64,000 nucleotides of DNA from Eledone cirrhosa (taxonomy: Eukaryota): NCBI GenBank assembly GCA_964016885.1, contig OZ024746.1, forward strand, positions 49,228,001 through 49,292,000, written 5' to 3'. The stretch's first letter is position 1, and the number at the start of each line of letters is the position of its first letter. The position numbers were made by a program, and so were the translations under genes. Of this stretch, positions 57,889 to 64,000 are shown piece by piece. Under the pieces are notes generated by a model that worked only from the letters and a program-made list of their open reading frames with translations, did not search any database and had not been told where the DNA came from.

Positions 57889-58080
57889 GACGGTGGATTG
57901 ACAGTATCGGTAGAGGGTCGGACGCCATGCTTTGCAGCATAGAGTTACGGCCCTTTACATTCTGAGTTCAAATTCCGCCGAGATAAACTTTACCTTTCAT
58001 CCTTACGGGTCGCTAAAATAAAGTACCAGTAATGCACTGGGATTATTGCTGGCCTTGTGCCAAAAATAGAAACAATTATT
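57889..58080 (+). mobile_element. Full-length tRNA-derived SINE
   Basis: A/B-box-like head, central domain, 3' end CCTTGTGCCAAAAATAGAAACAATTATT. Confidence 0.88.
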
Positions 58081-58231
58081 TACTCGAAAATATTCATTTG
58101 GTTCGATAATGCTATCAAGGGTCTTGAGTTCCTGATTATTGTGGTAACTAGAGATATAAAAGATAGATGTACAGGTATGACCTGGAATCCAAACCTCAAT
58201 CATTACAGTCTAAAGTCTGACTCGATCCCGG

Positions 58232-58488
58232 AGGCTCATCGGCCGGTACTTATCCTGGTTTCCGTGGCATGAAGCGACTGAGAGTACAAAACACCCCGAT
58301 GGACAGGAAGCCAGTCCATCGCTGAGTAAACCCCCAGCTGTTGCTGGCACTCATTTTCAGCTGAGTATACTGGAGCAACGTGAAAAGAAGTGTTTTGATC
58401 AAGAACATAACACACGACCCAATCCAGATATCTAACCCACAATATTATGATCATATGTCCAACACCCTTACCACAAGGCCACGTGCCC
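58232..58488 (-). mobile_element. Different tRNA-derived SINE with CORE-like domain
   Basis: Head GGGCACGTGGCCTTGTGGTAAGGGTG, domain GTTCTTGATCAAAACACTT..CTCAGCTG, 3' part GCGATGGACTGGC..GTCGCTTCATGCCACGGAAACC. Confidence 0.55.
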
Positions 58489-58878
58489 GAACAGTTATCA
58501 CAGGGGAAGCATCCAAACCAACCAATACCCGAAAATCAAGTTTTCGATTACCAAGGCATTGTGCATTACGTCTTACGTACCAAGTAGCAAACACTTACAA
58601 AGGTGTTCTATCAGGAATTCCACCGACTTCGTGATCCAATTCGGCGAATGATCCCGAATATATTTTAAAGTAGTGACTATGTCACTTCTTTTTTCAACAA
58701 ACAAAGGGAGATAAGCTGACAGATCTGTTTCACACTGTTGGTGATCATCAAAGCTTAGCACTCGCCGATGTTTGTTGAAAATTATAGATGCTGGAACTGA
58801 TTATACAGAGCGAGCGGTAGCTATGCAAACACCGGGGCTAATGCCCTCTGGTGGTGTCCAGCAGAAGCAAGGTGGATA

Positions 58879-58921
58879 ACCTCTATGCATTTCAGGCTTG
58901 ACTGGCCTTCTTCAGGACGGT
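58879..58921 (-). ncRNA. Minimal type I hammerhead ribozyme motif, same family as 30631
   Basis: Minus strand ACCGTC-CTGAAGA-AGGC cagtcaa GCCT-GAAAT GC ATA-GAGGT; palindromic stem III ATGCAT; downstream GTTATCC..TGCTGGA shared with 30670-30695. Confidence 0.78.
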
Positions 58922-58957
58922 CCCTCCCACTTGAAAACAGTCGACGAGAATATATAG

Positions 58958-58996
<39 letters not shown>

Positions 58997-59714
58997 GAAT
59001 GAGAAAATGCGAAGTAGTTTCAGATGTTGGCCGAGGGATTTAAGAACACGCGCCCTGTCAGTTCCCTTGTCGTTTCTGTTTGGATTGCCTTGGCTTGGGA
59101 ACGTAACCTTAATATATAAGCTGTCTGATGATGTCATGGCACTGGGTTACACAGAAACGTGTGGCCACTGTCGTCATTGAAATATGTATCACAGTATTAT
59201 CAATAAAGGACTTTCGTATTTTCGCATTCTAAATATACTCTGTTTTCCTATGTGGAAAATTATACGTCGAGTGCTCGAATTGAAAGGCACCAATATTTAC
59301 CGTAAGTATATATATAGTAAGTGTATTTAATGGTGTTTGAAAGCGAAAAATAAAATTCCAAAATTTAATGATTGAGAAAAGTCAATGATAGGAGATATTA
59401 AATTCGCTGCTTTTGGAATCTTAATCGATTAGCACAAATTTCTTCACTGTTTTCTCTCCCTTATTTGGTATATTTCTATTGATTTTGGTTTGATCACCGT
59501 CTCTCACTCTCTTTCTATCTCTTCTCTCACTTCCCTCGCTTTGCTCATCTCTGTTTCTCCCTCTATACCTATCTCTCTCTTTCTCAGAGTTATATGAAAA
59601 TAATATTTCTCTTATCTAAATAATATTAGTATTAAGCTGGTTAGAAGCCTTGCCAATCATGAATTTAACCAAGCATAAACATGTAACCCACCCACATACA
59701 CACGCACACACATG

Positions 59715-59750
<36 letters not shown>

Positions 59751-60534
59751 CGGGTAACAAATAATAGTTATATGCAGTCCTCTTAGGTGTAGTCCAGTTA
59801 TGGTATTCCGGGTAGTGGATGATATTAACGCTTGGCTAAGTTTGACTCAACAAGGCGTTTTCATAGTGATGCTGCGAGTACGGTGTAATTCCTATGTTGT
59901 AAACACTTGGAGTAATAATAAATCAGGAAAGAAGAGTGACACGGTTTGCTATACAAAAAAGGTTTTTAATCTCATTGCTGACAATTGTTTTTCTGAACTG
60001 GTAGGTCTAGAGATCGCTATCCGCTTATTTTCGCGTTACTCGATCGCCAATACAAACCAGTCAGTTCATCGGAGTTTGCGAGAATGCTGAGAATATACAG
60101 GCATGAAAGGAATATACAGGCTACTATATGTAGTAGTAGTGGCATTCAGTTAGAACAATAACAACAATATCAACAATGCTAGCAATAAAATATTTGAAAT
60201 AATCACAACATCAATCTAGGTGGGGGGTATAGTATATCTATGATTTTAGCGTGTAAAACTAGCTGACATGAAGCAGATGTATAAAATTGACATGTAAAGA
60301 CTGTCGTATTATATCAAGTGTAAAGATAAGCCGGTGTTTTTAAACAATGTAGTTCAGGTGGCCGTAATAGTTAGTTTTTATCTGACCGATGAAGTATTTA
60401 TCACTGTAGTAGAATTTGTGTGGTCTATATTAGATGAGAGATCTGTCTATCTTTTCCATCCTCAATAACATATATGTATAGGACAACGCTAACAAAGCTA
60501 AATAATGGGCAAGTTAATACAGAGGTTGAGGAGG

Positions 60535-60623
<89 letters not shown>

Positions 60624-60661
60624 TATATGTGTGTGGATATGTATGTATATGTTTGTGTGCA

Positions 60662-60729
<68 letters not shown>

Positions 60730-63342
60730 TGCACACAAACATATACATACATATCCACACACACTCATACAAATACATACATACATACAAAGAGAAAACA
60801 TGCTGACTATAATTATAGCAAGAGGATGGTAAAGTTCCATTGTAGTAGTATTTTGAAATGTTCTTGGATTTAGGATCAAGCGATGGCAGCAGCTGAGAAG
60901 AGATAAGTTTATGGGTTGATGAGGTACTTACAGACATTTGTGTTGTATAGAACTAAGAAGGCTAGAATGTACTTAATGAATATATTTCTGTTATGATTCG
61001 TGCAGAGTAGTGGGTATCCTGGTTGGAAGCTATGTTACGTCGGTTCGATTCATGGAGGTTTAAATCTTATGAATTTAGTGGCAATTCTATGTCTGCAGAA
61101 GATAGATCTTTCTAACTTGTTGTTAAGTAGCCTTTTTACATTTTTAAGGATATACAGTAGTTCTAAATCACATAACCCACAGTGGGACATACCTGTACTG
61201 TAGGTTTTAGCAGCCGACAACCTCGACCAGTTGTTACTGTAGCTAGTGTTGTTGTCCTTCAGTTCCCATATTTTTTTGGCGAGGGTTGTAGAGCCCATAA
61301 GTGCACGATTTTTCATCGAGTGCCTGTGCACATACCAAATTTTTTTAAAAGAACCCGCGGTGGATCCAATGTAATGCCAGGCGGAGTTGTCTGAGTTGAC
61401 CGTACACATGTACACTAGGCTTGAATCGAGACATCTATTTGGCAATGGGCACCTATCCGGTAGGTGACAGTTACAGTCTGAGGTGTTATTTCGTGCAGCT
61501 TCTACACTGCTGTTTAGTACTCTGCTATAAGTGGGTTGTGATTCATGCCCGTTGGGGTTTTGCTGCTGCGCGTTTGTATGTGCTTGCGGTTGTGATACTG
61601 TGATGTGTTTATGCTTATAATTTGGTGCTATGTTGCGCATAGGTTGGGCTGATTCCCTAGAGATATTTTTGTGGTTGATCTTGCGTATGTGCCATTCTAT
61701 ATTTGCTGCCGTAAAGTATGAGAGTTTTATAGTATTTCTATTGAGTATTTTATGATATCTATGTGAAATAGGGAAGTGTTTATCTATTAGTTTGAAGAAT
61801 GTAGAAGGCAGTCTGGTTTTTACAGAGGAGTTGAAGATTGGGTTGAACCATAGATATTTTCTTTCTCTGATTCTTCTATTGTTTCTTGGGTTTACGTTAT
61901 TAGTGTTTTGACCGTTCACTCTAGGTGCTACGTACCTAACCCTATGTCTAGTCCAGTTACTTCTATTTCTGTATGAGCGGTTGGTATAGTTGCTATTAGG
62001 ATTGTTTACGTTGTCTTTATTCGCTATATACTGCAGTTTATCTTTATGTCCAGCCCTACGTAATGCTGCGTTATAATAGTTAGCATGTTCGTTAAAGATT
62101 TCTAGGTTTGAGGATAAGCGGGATATTCGAAGAGATATACTACGTGCTATGGATCCGATTATGGATTTGGGGTGGTTTGAGTCATAACTAATGTAGGCCA
62201 GATTTTCATTATTTTGTGGAAAGGTTCCATTAATCCCGTATTTAGATTTAGAGTTACATCTAGAAAGTTTACCTTCTTATGGTTCAGTTCGTAGGTAATA
62301 CTTAGGCCTAGTGTTTTGAAGAATGTTCTAATGTTTTTTCTTAATCTTTCCATGCTCTGGTTGTTTAAGTTCTTAGCTATAAGTAGCGTGTCGTCTCTAT
62401 AAATCCCTCCTTGGAGGTTACTCAATTCCTTATGTAGGTTGTGTGCTATGAATAGCCCCACGATGTCTGTGATTTGCGCAGAGTCATTTGATCCCATTGT
62501 TATATCGAAGCTGTTTATCCTATCTCTTCTTACCCAGTAGCTACTTTCAAATTTTATGATAGTCCTTCTAGCCGCTATTATTATTTCAATTTCCTCAGGG
62601 GTAAGATCGGAGTTATTTTGGGAAAATATAAGCGCTTTATCTAGGGTGGCTGGGGATATGGATGCATAGTAGTCGTCTATATCAAATTGTATGAAGTTAC
62701 ACGTCTCCCTATTTTGTATTTTATTGAACCATTCAATCGCCTCATTAGTATTACCCCATAAATTGATTTCTAGTTTACCCTTTATTTGTGCGATTACCCT
62801 ATCTAGAATGTTCTTGCTAATTTTGCCTGTCTGACTTGGATTGGCATATTAATCTAATGGTTGGGTTTGTTTCAAAATTATTTTTGTGATCCTTCAGGTT
62901 AAATGTTGGGTTGCACGGGGTTAGAGGCTCGGTCCTATCGGGAATTCCGAGTTTATTTACTATCCTGAGGCCCTCCACGTTAATGCTGGTGAGTGTAGAT
63001 TCATTTGTTTTTTTGTATTTTTATGTAGTTCACGCTGGATAAAGTTATTGTATGTGTTAAGGTCCATAGAGTATACGTTTGATGTTTTGTCTGCTTTTAC
63101 TATGATACGATACCGTTAGTGTCTTTTAGTTTTTTTAGTAGTGTATTTATGTCTTTTTGCAATTTGTTGCGATGTGTTCTTTTTTTAAATTTAGTTTCAC
63201 TTATCATGTTCATAAGGTCCAGCTCTAAGGCATCGAGTTTGGCGGGTTTTTTCAGGATTTAAATCCGTAATTCTCTTTAGAAAATTCCCTTGCGTTAGTA
63301 TTCGGTACTTTGTCGAAATGGCAAGCTTTCCATCGGACCCCA
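59751..63342 (-). mobile_element. Hydra-type Penelope-like element, slightly 5'-truncated, frameshifted RT + GIY-YIG ORF (61050-63342) plus long 3' region
   Basis: VRWKA..KENYGFKS, IVKADKT, FIQFDIDDYYASI, MGSNDSAQITD, IYRDD, VNFLDVT, WFNP, CNCHLPDRCPL, LVY..HYIGST, CGLCDLE, CRH; 3' limit at (TA)n is inferred. Confidence 0.85.
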
Positions 63343-63703
63343 CTAAATTCATTAGATTTAAACCTCCATGAATCGAACCGACGTAACATAGCTTCCAACC
63401 AGGATACCCACTACTCTGCACGAATCACAACAGAAATATATTCATTAAGTACATTCTAGCCTTCTTAGTTCTATACAACACAAATGTCTGTAAGTACCTC
63501 ATCAACCCATAAACTTATCTCTTCTCAGCTGCTGTCATCGCTTGATCCTAAATCCAAGAACATTTCAAAATACTACTACAATGGAACTTTACCTTGCTCT
63601 TGCTATAATTATAGTCAGCATGTTTTCTCTTTGTATGTATGTATGTATTTGTATGAGTGTGTGTGGATATGTATGTATATGTTTGTGTGCATGTGTGTGT
63701 ATA

Positions 63704-63734
<31 letters not shown>

Positions 63735-64000
63735 TACCTCCTCAACCTCTGTATTAACTTGCCCATTATTTAGCTTTGTTAGCGTTGTTCTATACATGTA
63801 TGTTATTGAGGATGGAAAAGATAGACAGATCTCTCATCTAATATAGACCACACAACTTCTACTACAGTGATAAATGCTTCATCGGTCAGATAAAAACTAA
63901 CTATTACGGCCACCTGACCTACATTGTTTAAAAACACCGGCTTATCTTTACACTTGATATAATACACCCTACGACAGTCTTTACATGTCAATTTTATACA
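63343..64000 (+). repeat. Inverted pseudo-LTR of the Hydra-type PLE (reverse complement of ~60278-61079), runs off the window
   Basis: Starts with the last ORF codons TKFIRFKPP* and matches the 3' region including its microsatellite. Confidence 0.92.

Noticed and set aside
59120-59170. CTGATGA..GAAACGTGTG hammerhead-like motif
   Set aside because: Non-cleavable GUG triplet and poor stem I; at best a decayed copy.
61050-63342. Selenocysteine-type (Naiad) PLE
   Set aside because: Endonuclease is C-terminal and conserved Cys positions use normal Cys codons; interruptions are ordinary frameshifts and stops.

Overview
AT-rich, microsatellite-dense animal genomic DNA made almost entirely of retroelements. 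The dominant tRNA-derived SINE resembles octopus SINEs, so an octopod cephalopod is likely (inference). 1-28 kb is a nested stack of microsatellite-associated non-LTR elements. It holds three near-full-length R4/Dong-like RT+RLE LINEs (two in (TAA)n, one in (CATA)n) and two Tx1/L1-clade APE+RT LINEs on the opposite strand that share a near-identical ORF2 but carry very divergent ORF1/5' regions. It also holds a CR1-group 3' fragment and an RTE-derived non-autonomous element. 28-64 kb contains Penelope-like elements (two Hydra-type with CxC-x5-C/GIY-YIG, one GIY-YIG fragment of another clade), SINE clusters and two MITEs. It also contains many short ORF-less fold-back insertions in (TA)n, several carrying minimal type I hammerhead ribozyme motifs. 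All long TE ORFs carry stops or frameshifts. No host gene is established; a few splice-site-bounded open frames are flagged at low confidence. Coordinates were read by eye and boundaries are approximate.
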